Shown here in pieces: positions 31,612-42,230 of a DNA stretch of 64,000 nt. The stretch is from contig CAWGIE010000011.1 in NCBI GenBank assembly GCA_963822585.1, positions 136,672 through 200,671 on the forward strand. Reading direction: 5' to 3'. The notes below the pieces were generated by a model that worked only from the letters and a program-made list of their open reading frames with translations, was not told the DNA's origin and did no database searches. A program made the translations under genes and the position numbers. How positions within the stretch are numbered: the stretch's first letter is position 1; each line of letters opens with the position of its first letter. The DNA is from an uncultured bacterium (lineage in GTDB: Bacteria; Auribacterota; Erginobacteria; Erginobacterales; Erginobacteraceae).

Positions 31612-32735
31612 CACACTATTCCCACCCACCAGAGAATAATACCCGTGAGGAGAAGGTGGCCGAAAAGAGGGTAGAGAAAGAGCCGGTCCCGGGAGCGGGC
31701 GAAATTTACGATCAGAAGAACCGCGCCGGGCAAGAGTACCCTTCCGTAACTCCAGGGTTCCACCCAGACACTTCCGGTCAAAAAAAGAGGGAAGAGGGCA
31801 TAAACCAGGAAACAGAGACTGACCTCGTCTTTCTCCCGGAAGAATTCCCTGACGGCCAGATAGAGAGTGAGAAGGGAAACGGCGAGCAGAATGAGCAGGT
31901 ATGATTTCTCGCTCCATCTCCCTCCAGCCGTCAGGAGCGTTCTTCCATAGGATATCATCCCCTCCAGGGGCGCCCCGAAGTTTCCTGCCCCTCCCCGCCA
32001 GGGCCGGTCCCGGAATCGAAAAAAGACATACCCGATCCAGAGCAGGAAAGGGACAAACGAAGCGGCCAGGGCCCCCAGCCGTCCCGGGTCACGGCGGCGG
32101 TCGAGGAGCGCGAAGAGGAGGTAGATAAGGGGAACCACGATCACCACTTCTTTGGCCAGCAGGGCGGCGGCGAAGAATACAGCCCCTGGACAGGGTTTCC
32201 GGTGCGAGAAAAAATAGATGCCCCCGACCAGGAAGCCCATTGCCACCGGGGCGGCCAGGTCGCGGAGCACGCAGAGGATAAAACCGCTGAGAAGCCCGTA
32301 TACACAGGCGTACCAGGGACTCTTCCCTCCCCTCGCCAGCATCCTGGCCACAAAAAAACTGCCCATCAGAACCGCGGCCAGATTGACGATGATCAGCAGC
32401 AGGGGGATCCATTCCGTATTTCCGAGAGCAAGCAGAGCGGCCAGCCAGGGATAGAGGATGCGCCCGTACCGGTAGGCCGGAACATCCATCCGACCCCATC
32501 TCTGCTGCCGGATCAGGGGATTGCGAGCCGCGTAGAGGAAAAACTGGCCGTCATAGCCCTCGCTGTCGGCAATGACCACGCTGGCGGGAGGAAGGTCGGA
32601 GAAGGCGAACTGGTCGCCGATACAGGCGAATCCGCTCGGATGAAAGCCGAACCGGCCGGCATAGAGCGTGACCACCGCGGCGTAGAAACTGAATATGACC
32701 AGCAACACCGTCGGAATGGGACGGATGTTTTTCAC
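31611..32735 (-). CDS. Putative GT-C cell-surface glycopolymer protein
   Basis: GYDGQFF, PAYRYGRILYP, LAKE; multi-TM. Confidence 0.7.
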   Translation of the reverse strand: MKNIRPIPTVLLVIFSFYAAVVTLYAGRFGFHPSGFACIGDQFAFSDLPPASVVIADSEGYDGQFFLYAARNPLIRQQRWGRMDVPAYRYGRILYPWLAALLALGNTEWIPLLLIIVNLAAVLMGSFFVARMLARGGKSPWYACVYGLLSGFILCVLRDLAAPVAMGFLVGGIYFFSHRKPCPGAVFFAAALLAKEVVIVVPLIYLLFALLDRRRDPGRLGALAASFVPFLLWIGYVFFRFRDRPWRGGAGNFGAPLEGMISYGRTLLTAGGRWSEKSYLLILLAVSLLTLYLAVREFFREKDEVSLCFLVYALFPLFLTGSVWVEPWSYGRVLLPGAVLLIVNFARSRDRLFLYPLFGHLLLTGIILWWVGIV

Positions 32736-33418
32736 TTCCAGGAGATAGTGGTAACCCCTTCCAGGCGGGAAAGAAGGTCAACCACCCGGGGACCGCACAT
32801 CTCGTCCCGGTACCTGACGACAAAATGCAGGGTGGTTAGCCCGGCGCGCGGATCGAAATCCAGACCGTAGCTCTTTACCTGGAGACCGAGGCCGGGCAGA
32901 AGCTCCTGAACGCGGTGGAAGAGGTCGCTCCTCCCCTTCCCCTCCAGGGAGATTTCCGCGAAGTAGTACGTGGATATCCGAAGCCGGCCCAGGATGAGAA
33001 GGGTGCCCAGCACCAGGAGAGTAACGGCCGTGGCCAGAACGCTCTCTCCCAGCCCCAGGGCGATCCCGATCGCCGCCACCACCCAGATGGAAGCGGCGGT
33101 GGTCAGGCCCATCACGAAGTCCTTCCCCTTGATGATCGTCCCCGCCCCCAGGAAACCGATGCCGGTGATGATCCCGGCGGCCGCCCGCGCGGGGTCCATC
33201 CGGATCATCCCCGATTCGTTCCCGAGCACGGCCTGCAGCCGCTGGAAGGCGATGATCATCCCGGCCGACCCCAGACAGACCAGGATATGCGTCCGCAGCC
33301 CGGCCGGCCGGCCGTGATGCTGACGCTCGCCCCCGATCAGTCCTCCGTAGAGCACCGCCAGCGCCAGCTGGAGGAGGAACCACCAACCATGATCACTGAT
33401 AAAGGAGAACTCATTCAT
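32732..33418 (-). CDS. MgtC/SapB-family protein
   Basis: GLIGGER, PAGLRTH, GIGFLGAG, GLTTAASIW. Confidence 0.93.
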   Translation of the reverse strand: MNEFSFISDHGWWFLLQLALAVLYGGLIGGERQHHGRPAGLRTHILVCLGSAGMIIAFQRLQAVLGNESGMIRMDPARAAAGIITGIGFLGAGTIIKGKDFVMGLTTAASIWVVAAIGIALGLGESVLATAVTLLVLGTLLILGRLRISTYYFAEISLEGKGRSDLFHRVQELLPGLGLQVKSYGLDFDPRAGLTTLHFVVRYRDEMCGPRVVDLLSRLEGVTTISWK

Positions 33419-33597
33419 ATTATTAATTAGCGCCTTCGGCACTACTTTTAACCACGAAGGACACGAAGACCACGAAGAGATTCGAGAAAAATATAAATAA
33501 TTAATACATTTCCCTACCTTTCTTCGTGTCCTTCGTGTTCTTCGTGGTGATTATCTATTTTTTCTAGGTTTTGTTATTCCGACGCAGGGAAAGGCTT

Positions 33598-34746
33598 CTA
33601 ATCGGCATTGATCAGTTCTTCGTACATCTTCCGGGTTTTTTCGGCGATCGACTCCCAGCTGAAGTAGTCTTCCACCCGGCGGCGGCCGTTCTTCCCCATG
33701 GCGGCGGCCTTTTCCGGGTTAAGGAGGAGACCGTTAACGGCGGCCGCGATCTGATCCGGCTGGCCCGGTTCCACCAGAAGCCCGGTCTCCTCCGGGACCA
33801 CCACTTCCTTGATCCCGCCGACCGCGCTCGCCACCACCGGCGTCTCGCAGGCCATCGCTTCCAGGTTGATGATCCCGAACGGCTCATAGACTGACGGGCA
33901 GATGAAAACCCGGGCCGAGGAATAAAGCTCGATATTTTTTTCGTCGCCCAGATTTTCGTGGATCCAGACGATGTTCTTCTTGCCCTTCACTTTCTCTATC
34001 ATCCGGTTTTCGTAATCCCGGGTATCCGCGCCGACGGCTTCGAAAACAACCTGGACCGGAATATCATCGGCGGCGTCGATCAGGTATTCCATCCCCTTCT
34101 GGGCGGTCGGGCGGCCGACAAAAAGAACATAATCTTCGGCGATGCCGTACCGTTCCCGGAGTTCCCGGCTGAGAGGGCGCCGTTTCCAGGTCTTGAGGTC
34201 GATCCCGTTGTGGATCACCGCGATCCGGTCCGGATCGACGGAAAAGTTGTTCAGAATATCCTCCTTCATCATCCGGGAGACGGCGACCACCCGGTCGGCG
34301 TTCTCCAGGCCGACCTTTTCGATCCAGGAGCTGACATAATATCCTTCCGCCAGTTGATCGACCTTCCAGGGACGGAGCGGCTCCAGGCTGTGACTGGTCG
34401 CCACATAGGGAACGTTATAAAGTTTCTTGGCCCAGAACCCCGCCAAGTGGGCGTACCAGGTGTGGGTATGGACGACATCGGCGTCGATCCGGTTCATCAG
34501 GATCAGGAGGTCGGTGAAGATGGTATTGAAGAGAGAATCGAACTTGGGCTGATCAGCGCAGTGGAGCTTGGGATCCGGCTGATAGCCGGTCACCTGCAAC
34601 GAACCGCTTTTCAGACGCTGGTCTCCGAAACAGCGGATGTCGACCTCCATCATCTCCGCCAGGCAGCGGGCCAGTTCCCGGATATGGACGCCAGCGCCCC
34701 CGTAGACGTTGGGCGGATATTCCCTGGTGATAAATGTAACTTTCAT
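33598..34746 (-). CDS. glgA: GT4 glycogen synthase / maltose-1-phosphate synthase (GlgM-type)
   Basis: TREYPPNVYGGAGVH, HTHTWYA, HSLEPLRPWK, YEPFGIINLEAMAC. Confidence 0.88.
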   Translation of the reverse strand: MKVTFITREYPPNVYGGAGVHIRELARCLAEMMEVDIRCFGDQRLKSGSLQVTGYQPDPKLHCADQPKFDSLFNTIFTDLLILMNRIDADVVHTHTWYAHLAGFWAKKLYNVPYVATSHSLEPLRPWKVDQLAEGYYVSSWIEKVGLENADRVVAVSRMMKEDILNNFSVDPDRIAVIHNGIDLKTWKRRPLSRELRERYGIAEDYVLFVGRPTAQKGMEYLIDAADDIPVQVVFEAVGADTRDYENRMIEKVKGKKNIVWIHENLGDEKNIELYSSARVFICPSVYEPFGIINLEAMACETPVVASAVGGIKEVVVPEETGLLVEPGQPDQIAAAVNGLLLNPEKAAAMGKNGRRRVEDYFSWESIAEKTRKMYEELINAD

Positions 34747-34951
34747 AAAAACCCCTTATTGTACACAGAGCCCGTACAAAGATCCGGGCCATTGTTATAG
34801 AACACTGGAATGTTGGAGTACTGGAGTACTGGAGTACTGGAGTGATGAGGGCACCGGCCCGGCGGCTTTCCATCACTCCATTATTCCATCACTCCATCAC
34901 TCCATTATTATTTCCTCTTTCATTTTAACCCAGCGGGATATCGCATCTTTC

Positions 34952-36666
34952 TCAGATCCCGCCTGACTCTATCCTCATTATCGCCGCCGGCTCGACTTCC
35001 GGATCGAGGGTAATATATTGCTCCCGCCCTTTCCATGTCATCCGCTTCCCCGAGATCAGTTCCCGGACCCGGTACTTCTCGTCGGAGGAGATCCCGAACT
35101 GTTCGACCGGGACCGTGATCCGGCCGGTATGCGCGTGGAAGGGATCGAGGTTGACCGCGACCAGTATCCGGTTGCTCCCGTCCGGTGAGACTTTACCGTA
35201 AAAGAGGATGGCGTCGTCGGTCGAACTGAAGAAACGGAGATTTCCGTAATAGTGAAGCGCGGGATTTTGAACCCGGATCCGGTTCAGTTTCCCGATGTAG
35301 CCCTTGATATTCCCCGGCTTGTTCCAGTCCCTGACCCTGATCTCGTATTTCTCCGAGTTGAGATAGGATTCCTTCCCGGGGACGAGCGGCTCGTGCTCCA
35401 GAAGTTCGTACCCGCTGTACATCCCGTAGACGGATGAGATGGTGGAGGCCAGAGCGATCCTCATCTTGAAGGCCGGTTTCCCTCCTTTCTGGAGAATCTC
35501 CGGCAGAATATCGGGGGTGTTCACGAAACAGTTGACCCGCAGGAATTCCTTCAGATAGGTCTGCGTCAGCTTGGTGAAGTACTCGATCAATTCATTCTTG
35601 GTGGTGCGCCAGGTAAAATAACTGTATGACTGGGAAAAGCCGGCGAGGGCCAGTTCCTCGAGCTTGTCGTAATCGGTGAACGCCTCGGCCAGGAAAACCG
35701 TCTCCGGATAGACCTCTTTCACTTCCCGGATCAGCCACTCCCAGAACCCGGTCGGCTTGGTATGGGGATTATCCACCCGGAAGGACTTTACCCCGTTCTC
35801 GATCCAGAAGATAAAGATCTTCTTGATCTCCTCCCACATCAACTCCCGGTCTTCCGGGTCGAAATTCAACGGGCAGACGTCCTCATATTTCTTGGGTGGG
35901 TTCTCGGCGTAACGGATGGTGCCGTCCGGATTATGAAAAAACCAGTTTGGATGCTCCGTGATCCAGGGGTGGTCCGGCGAGCAGTTGCTGGTAAAGTCAA
36001 GAGCGATCCCGAAGCCGGCCCGGTCGGCGGCTTTCACGAAACGGCGAAAATCATTCAGGGTCCCCAGCTGCGGATGAACGGCGGTATGACCCCCGGCCGC
36101 GCTGCCGACCGACCAGGGAACGCCAGGTTCCCCGGGCCGGGCGGTCAGACTGTTGTTCTTCCCTTTCCGGTTGGTCTTCCCGATCGGATGAATGGGAGGG
36201 AGATAGAGGAAATTGAACCCCATCCTCCGGATATCGGGCAGCCGCCGTTCCGCGTCCCGGAAGGTCCCGTATTTTCCCCGGACCTTCCCCGAGGAACGGG
36301 GAAAAACTCGTACCAGGCGGCAAACCGGGACCGGGGCGGCTCCACGTAGACCTCCAGGTCGTGACGGTACCGCACCGCGACCGGGGCGGAACGGACCTCG
36401 ATGGAATACTGGTAGATACCCGCTTCCGGGAAGAGAACCTCTCCCCGGACGCCCGGTCCGGCAGTCCGGCACATGGGGACCGCCTTCCAGGCGGTCTCGA
36501 TGGGATATCGCATCCGGTGAAGAAGGTAAACCCGTCCCCCGGGAGGGGCGTAAATGTCGGCCGTTACCACCAGCGGCCGATCCGTCTCTCTCTTGATCGG
36601 ATATCTGCCTCCGACCAGCTCCGGAAAGACATTGCGGATAATCTCCCCCCTTCGTTCTTCTTTCAT
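34952..36666 (-). CDS. glgE: Alpha-1,4-glucan:maltose-1-phosphate maltosyltransferase, frameshifted at 36298-36301
   Basis: GRYPIKR, WYEFFP|RS (one C short), YAENPPKKYED, FRVDNPHTKP, FLAEAFT. Confidence 0.9.
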
Positions 36667-37118
36667 CTATTCAGCCTCTTCATGGGAATGGATGTTCTTG
36701 TCTGATGTACGGGAAGGCCCGCGGCCGGAAAAAGCCGGGGCGCCGTCAATTCTGGGCACTATAGTGAAGTGCGGGCGGTTTCTCAAGCATAAATTAGCCG
36801 CGGCGGCGATCATTGAGTGAATTTGAACATTTAGGGGCTCTCGCCCCGGTAAATTGGATTTGCCGATTTCAGGGAACGTGCTATTTTACTGTTTCGGCAT
36901 TTTAACAACGGTGGCGCGAAGTGTATGATGTAACGGCAAAGGTTCCATTACGCATTACACATTACACTTTACACTACAAGTTACGCCGGAGGCGCTAACT
37001 TGCCGTTTCGGAATTTCAATAAAGCTGTGTAAAGTATCAGGTGTCAGGTGTAAAGATCCATTACACTTTACACTTTAAACTTTACACTACAAGTTACGCC
37101 GGAGGCGCTAACTTGTAT

Positions 37119-38558
37119 ATGGGGATCATACAGCGATATATCGGCAGGAGCTTGCTGGGGACCTTCCTGATCACGCTCTCGGTTCTCACCGGCATCCTCT
37201 GCCTGGGGAATCTCCTCAAGATCGCCGATCTCATCCTGAAAGGGATGGATCCGATTTTGATCATGCGCTTCTTCGGTTTCCTGCTCATCGGTCTCCTCGA
37301 GTTCGCCATCCCGATATCCATTCTGACCACCTCCATCCTGGTTTTCGGGAGACTCTCCGCGGACAACGAGATCACCGGGATGCGGGCCAGCGGGATCGGG
37401 CTTTTGCACATCACGACCCCGGTTTTCATCCTCGGCTTTCTCCTGACGCTGATCTGCCTTTACCTCCAAAATACAGTGATACCGACTTACGGTTTCGCCA
37501 CCCGGAAATTAAAGGCCGAGATCGGGATCAAGGATCCGGACGCCCTCCTCCAGCCGGGCGTGATCATCGAGTTCCCCGGGTACACGATCAACTTCGACCA
37601 CAAGGAGAATGGGTTCCTTTATAAAGTCCAGATCAATCAATACAAGGACAAGGAGCTGGCCAGCACCATTTTCGCCCGGAGCGCGGAGATCGAGCTGGAC
37701 AAGGAAAGTGAGGGGTTCACCCTGAAACTGCACGACGGAACGGTGGAGGAGATCACCGACCCCCAGAACCCCCAGATCCGGACCACCACTACTTTCGGTG
37801 TCTTTCTTTACCCGATCAGCCTGCAAGCCCTCTACGAGAAATCCCGGATCACCGATGATGAAAAGCGCATCAAGGACATGACCCGAAGCGAACTGCTCAA
37901 AACAAGAAAGGAATACGTGGCCCAGAGGGCGGAAAACCAGCGCCAGCAGGCGGCAATCGGGAAAGAGATAGAGGAGACCGCGAGACAGGACCGGCTCCTC
38001 CTGGTGAAGGCGGAAGACTTTATCCGGGAGTTGAGCGCGCGTTTCTTCCGGGAGCAGTATCTTTCCGGAGGAGAAGCCCCTTCCATTGTCCGGGAACGGC
38101 TCCTGATCGCCGGATCGGAATCGATCCCAGCTCAAACGGAATTGACTCGCAATAAAACAGCGGAGGAATGGGACTCCCTGCTGGAACGGATCGCCGCCAC
38201 GGATCAGGAGCTCGATGGCCTGCGCCGGAAACGGGAGGGCCTCCTGGCGGAAGAGGAGGAAATCCGGAGCGAGATTTCCGCCTACACCACCGAGGTGCAC
38301 AAGCGCCTCTCCCTCTCCGTAGCCTGCCTCTCCCTGATCTTCATCAGCGTTCCCCTGGCCATCAAAGCCCACCGCAGTGAAAAGACGATCGGGATGGCGA
38401 TAAGCCTGGCTCTGACTTTTATCTACTACATCTTTATCGCTTACGCCGAAGCGGTGGCGGACGATTACCGCCTCTTCCCCTACCTGGTCGTCTGGGTGCC
38501 GAACATCCTCTTTATCGTCTTCGGGACGCTCTGGACGATGAAGTTCACCCGGATCTAA
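37119..38558 (+). CDS. lptF: LPS export permease LptF (LptF/G family) with an internal coiled-coil insertion
   Basis: IIQRYI, GRLSADNEITGMRASG, TEVHKRLS, VWVPNI. Confidence 0.85.
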   Translation: MGIIQRYIGRSLLGTFLITLSVLTGILCLGNLLKIADLILKGMDPILIMRFFGFLLIGLLEFAIPISILTTSILVFGRLSADNEITGMRASGIGLLHITTPVFILGFLLTLICLYLQNTVIPTYGFATRKLKAEIGIKDPDALLQPGVIIEFPGYTINFDHKENGFLYKVQINQYKDKELASTIFARSAEIELDKESEGFTLKLHDGTVEEITDPQNPQIRTTTTFGVFLYPISLQALYEKSRITDDEKRIKDMTRSELLKTRKEYVAQRAENQRQQAAIGKEIEETARQDRLLLVKAEDFIRELSARFFREQYLSGGEAPSIVRERLLIAGSESIPAQTELTRNKTAEEWDSLLERIAATDQELDGLRRKREGLLAEEEEIRSEISAYTTEVHKRLSLSVACLSLIFISVPLAIKAHRSEKTIGMAISLALTFIYYIFIAYAEAVADDYRLFPYLVVWVPNILFIVFGTLWTMKFTRI

Positions 38559-38719
38559 TTGAGACGATCATTTGAAAGACTGCAGCGAGCGACGCCCCAT
38601 CTGATCGAAAACGCCCTCACGTACCCTCCCGCTGCCGTGGAAATATCCCTTTTCCGCCTCACCCGTTCACTGACCGGCTCTCGGGAGCGAACGCTTCGTC
38701 CCCCGGCCGGTGAGCGGAC

Positions 38720-38757
38720 ATTGCCGTTTTGTAATCTTCCGGCAATCCCTCGGTAAT
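38720..38757 (+). promoter_or_regulatory. Operator array 1 (OmpR/CusR-type half sites, 11-bp period)
   Basis: ATTGC-N6-GTAAT-N6-GCAAT-N6-GTAAT upstream of 38819. Confidence 0.65.
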
Positions 38758-38818
38758 CTCCCCTTGATAGAGTGGTGTCATTTAATAACCTCCTCCTGTC
38801 CTGGGGAGAGGGAGTCTC

Positions 38819-39400
38819 ATGTCTGGAACACCACCGAAAACACGGATAATTTCCGCCGGAAGAAACCGATTCAAATCCGCGCTCAGGGAGGCACTTCCGG
38901 TCCTTCTACTGACCCTGCTCCTGCTGCCGGCGCGGTGCGCCTCCGAAAGCCGGAAAGAACTCCCGCCCTGCGTGGTGGTGGACATCGACAGCACCATAAC
39001 CGATGGCCGATTTCAAAAGCGCGTCTCAAAAAAAGTCCCGCTTTCGACCGCCCAGGACGCTCTGCGGAGCATCGAGGAGGACGGCGTCAGGATCATTTAT
39101 CTCAGCAAGCGTTTTGAATGGATGCGAGATAATACGGTGCAATGGCTGGCAACATGCGGTTTTCCGGGCGGAGAAGAAGTTATTCTCAGAGAAAACCCCA
39201 AGGAAAAGGGTTACAACTTCAAGCTGCGGGAACTGGAAAAGATTCAGAAAAAGTTCCGTGTTCTCTGCGGATTCGGCAATCCGGATGACGATAAAATCTA
39301 TCGCCGGGCCGGGATTAAAGCGATTATCCGGGGGGTCTGGCAGGACAAGGACTGGGTAGAGGTACAGGACAACCTGAACCAGATCCTGGGAGAGCAATAG
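38819..39400 (+). CDS. Exported HAD-like phosphatase (LNS2/acid-phosphatase type), paralog A
   Basis: Hydrophobic signal, VVDIDSTI, IIYLSKR, GFGNPDD. Confidence 0.75.
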   Translation: MSGTPPKTRIISAGRNRFKSALREALPVLLLTLLLLPARCASESRKELPPCVVVDIDSTITDGRFQKRVSKKVPLSTAQDALRSIEEDGVRIIYLSKRFEWMRDNTVQWLATCGFPGGEEVILRENPKEKGYNFKLRELEKIQKKFRVLCGFGNPDDDKIYRRAGIKAIIRGVWQDKDWVEVQDNLNQILGEQ

Positions 39401-39562
39401 CGGGAGCTTATTCGAAAAGCTTGCTCTCTCCAAGATCCTGCGATCTAACCCTATTTACTTATCAATCGGCTCAAGAACCTTTGGAGATTGATATGATGCC
39501 CTCCAGGTTTTTACCGCTGGTAGAGGTGTGGTGTGGATGCCTCTTGGCCCCCGGAACGAAAT

Positions 39563-41971
39563 CTACCTCGTAACCGGAACATCGCCGGATCTCCCGAAGT
39601 AGGCCCGTGAGATTCCCTTGACGGCCCACAACCCCGATGCCCCCCGGAAGATCCCGATCTCATCTTTTCCATCACCCTGATAGTCCGCCGGTACCGGCCG
39701 GTCGGAGCTGCTGCCGAAGTAACTCCTGGTCACTCCGCGGATCGCCCAGAGTCCGGCCGATGATCTGAAGATTCCGATCTCCCAACTCCCGTCGCCATCG
39801 TAGTCTCCGGGAACGGGGGTATCCGACGATGACCCGAAGTAAACCCGGGTGATCCCCCGGATCGCCCAGAGGCCCGAAGAGGGCCGGAAGATTCCGATCC
39901 TCTTTGCGGCGCTCCCGGCATAGTACCCGGGGGCCGGATTGTCAGCCGAGGAGCCGAAGTAGGCACGCGTCACTCCCTTAATGGCCCAGAGTCCGGAAGC
40001 TCCCCGGAAGATACCTATTTCGGCGGTTCCATCCCCATTGTAATCACCCGGCTCCGGGGAATCGTTACCGCTTCCGAAGTAAGAACGGGTAACTCCCCGG
40101 ATCGCCCAGAGACCCGGGGGACTCCGGAATATCCCGATTTCGGTTGTGTTATCTCCATTGTAATCGCCGGGGACGGTGTCATCGGTTGAAGAACCGAAGT
40201 ACACCCGGGTAACTCCTCTGATCGCCCAGAGGCCCGCGCTCCCCCGGAAGATGGCGACGTCCGAGGTCCCGTCGCCGTTGTAGTCGTAGATCCAGGGTAG
40301 AGCGCCGGATGGCGGGACTGTTGGCTGAGCAGTAGGTTGCGCCGTGGGTTTCGGCGTGGGCGGGGGCGTCGCCGTGGGAGCCGTCGTCGGCGTCGGGGTG
40401 GTGATCGGAGTCTTGTAGCCGACCGGCGTCGGGGTAACGCTCGGCGTCGGGGTAACAGTCGCAGTCGGGGTGAGAGACGGCGCCCGCGGGGTGATGGTCG
40501 GAGTCGGAGTCAGGGACGAGGTCGGCGTCGGACTCGGTGTCGGCGCATAGATGGTGATCGAGTCGATCTCAGTCCCGACAGTATTAAAAAAGGTAAACTT
40601 CAGGTATTCGCCGGTTGCTTCCACCATCTGCGCCCCCCAGTCGCTGTTGTACCGCACCTGGCTTTCGGGGATGGGGGTGGTGAAAGAGTAGAGGTCGCCC
40701 CCCCCGGCCCCGTTGACGAAGTAGGGGATGCCGTCGGTGCTGAGCCGCTCGTAGTGGTGGGAGTGGCCGGCGAGGACGGCGTCGGCCCCCCAGGATGCGT
40801 AAGGCCAGCGCAGGGCAGTAACCCCCGGCGCGTAGTAGGACGAGGAGGAGTAGGGACAGTGGTGCAGGAAAACCAGGTTCCAGGTCGAGGTCGAGGCGGC
40901 CAGTGCGTTCTGGAGCCAGATCCCCTGAGTCGAGCCCGATGTGTTCCCATCAGGTTCGTGGGTATCGCTGGAAAGCGCGTAGAGATGGACCAGATCCTGG
41001 GCGTCGGTTTGCTCGTAGTAACGCTCGTTGTTCGGCAGGGTGAAGTAATCGTAATACGGAACGGGCGGGTTGGTATGCCAGTCGTGGTTCCCCAAGGTCG
41101 GCCAGAAGCGGTTGATCCCGTCCGGATCGCCGCTGCCCCAGAAACCGGTGTAGGGGTAGATGTATTCCGAGTAAAACTGGCCGATGTTGGTGTCGATGGT
41201 AAAGGCGGTGCCGTCCGGATAGTTGTTGTCGCCCAGGGTGATGATGTAGTCCGGATCCCAGCCCTTGAGCAGGTTGGCCACCGCCTCCTCGTGAGCGGGG
41301 CCAAGGTTGCCACAGGCTTCGCCGTAGTCGCCGATGACGGCAAAGAGGACATACCCGGGATCATAGAGAGTGACGTCATCAATCGCCACATTACCCGAAG
41401 ACTGGCTATAGGAGAAACGGACCTGGGTGGTTTCGGTCTGGAGACGGAACCGCTCGGTCGTCCCGATGGTGGGGATGGAGGCGACACTGGTGATCGTGTA
41501 CCAGGTCGAGGAGTAGAACTCCTGGACCGCCAACGAACTGGCGGAGTCGGTCCCGATCCCCTTCATCCAGAAAGATAGCCGGCTCGGGTTGCCGAAGGTC
41601 GGCGTATAGATGATGTCCCCGGTCGCGTCCAGCTTAATTGAGGGGGAAGTGTCTCCATAATTGCCCGGGGAGGTGTAGGTGTCGGAGTCCAGGTCACAGT
41701 TGATGAAAGTCCATCCCGCCGGACGGGTCCCGGTATCGAACCCGTTGAATCCCTCATCGAACATGACCCCGTTTGCCGCCAGCTTTCGGTCGCGGCCGAG
41801 GGTGCCCGTCCTGCCGGGTATCCCTTTAGAAAAGACCGCTGGGTGATCGGATATCTCTTCGATCGTCCCCTCTTTGGTCGGCGGACCGAGCGGGATCAGG
41901 GGGGCCGGAAAAGACGGGCTAACCAGGAGCAGGGACACTAAGGGCAACGCGATGGAGAGTGCGCATTTCAT
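39563..41971 (-). CDS. Secreted calcineurin-like metallophosphoesterase with PT linker and 6 C-terminal FG-GAP-like repeats
   Basis: IGDYG, LGDNNY, LGNHDW, HH, GHSHHYER; six 40-aa repeats. Confidence 0.88.
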   Translation of the reverse strand: MKCALSIALPLVSLLLVSPSFPAPLIPLGPPTKEGTIEEISDHPAVFSKGIPGRTGTLGRDRKLAANGVMFDEGFNGFDTGTRPAGWTFINCDLDSDTYTSPGNYGDTSPSIKLDATGDIIYTPTFGNPSRLSFWMKGIGTDSASSLAVQEFYSSTWYTITSVASIPTIGTTERFRLQTETTQVRFSYSQSSGNVAIDDVTLYDPGYVLFAVIGDYGEACGNLGPAHEEAVANLLKGWDPDYIITLGDNNYPDGTAFTIDTNIGQFYSEYIYPYTGFWGSGDPDGINRFWPTLGNHDWHTNPPVPYYDYFTLPNNERYYEQTDAQDLVHLYALSSDTHEPDGNTSGSTQGIWLQNALAASTSTWNLVFLHHCPYSSSSYYAPGVTALRWPYASWGADAVLAGHSHHYERLSTDGIPYFVNGAGGGDLYSFTTPIPESQVRYNSDWGAQMVEATGEYLKFTFFNTVGTEIDSITIYAPTPSPTPTSSLTPTPTITPRAPSLTPTATVTPTPSVTPTPVGYKTPITTPTPTTAPTATPPPTPKPTAQPTAQPTVPPSGALPWIYDYNGDGTSDVAIFRGSAGLWAIRGVTRVYFGSSTDDTVPGDYNGDNTTEIGIFRSPPGLWAIRGVTRSYFGSGNDSPEPGDYNGDGTAEIGIFRGASGLWAIKGVTRAYFGSSADNPAPGYYAGSAAKRIGIFRPSSGLWAIRGITRVYFGSSSDTPVPGDYDGDGSWEIGIFRSSAGLWAIRGVTRSYFGSSSDRPVPADYQGDGKDEIGIFRGASGLWAVKGISRAYFGRSGDVPVTR

Positions 41972-42000
41972 AGCTTCATCCTTTGTTCTCTTGTTGTATC

Positions 42001-42109
42001 GGAATTTCAACAAGTGAGCGCCTCCGGCGCAACTTGTAGTGTAAAGTGTAAGGTGTAGTGAAACTTTCCACATTAAACCTTACACTTCACACTACGTTAC
42101 TGAAATTCC
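42001..42109. mobile_element. MITE-like element with GGAATTTCA/TGAAATTCC ends (related tandem units 36892-37115)
   Basis: Terminal inverted repeats, inverted 7-mer TTACACT arrays and a shared CAAGT..GCCGGAGGCG..ACTTG hairpin. Confidence 0.55.
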
Positions 42110-42230
42110 AAGCAGGAACTGAGCGCTTCGCACCAACATAAGGTAGCCTCACCCTTCAGGGTGCGCCCCGGTAAACCGGGGCGACTACCATTTATTGAAA
42201 TTTCGAAGCAGTACATTAACAAAACGGCGA

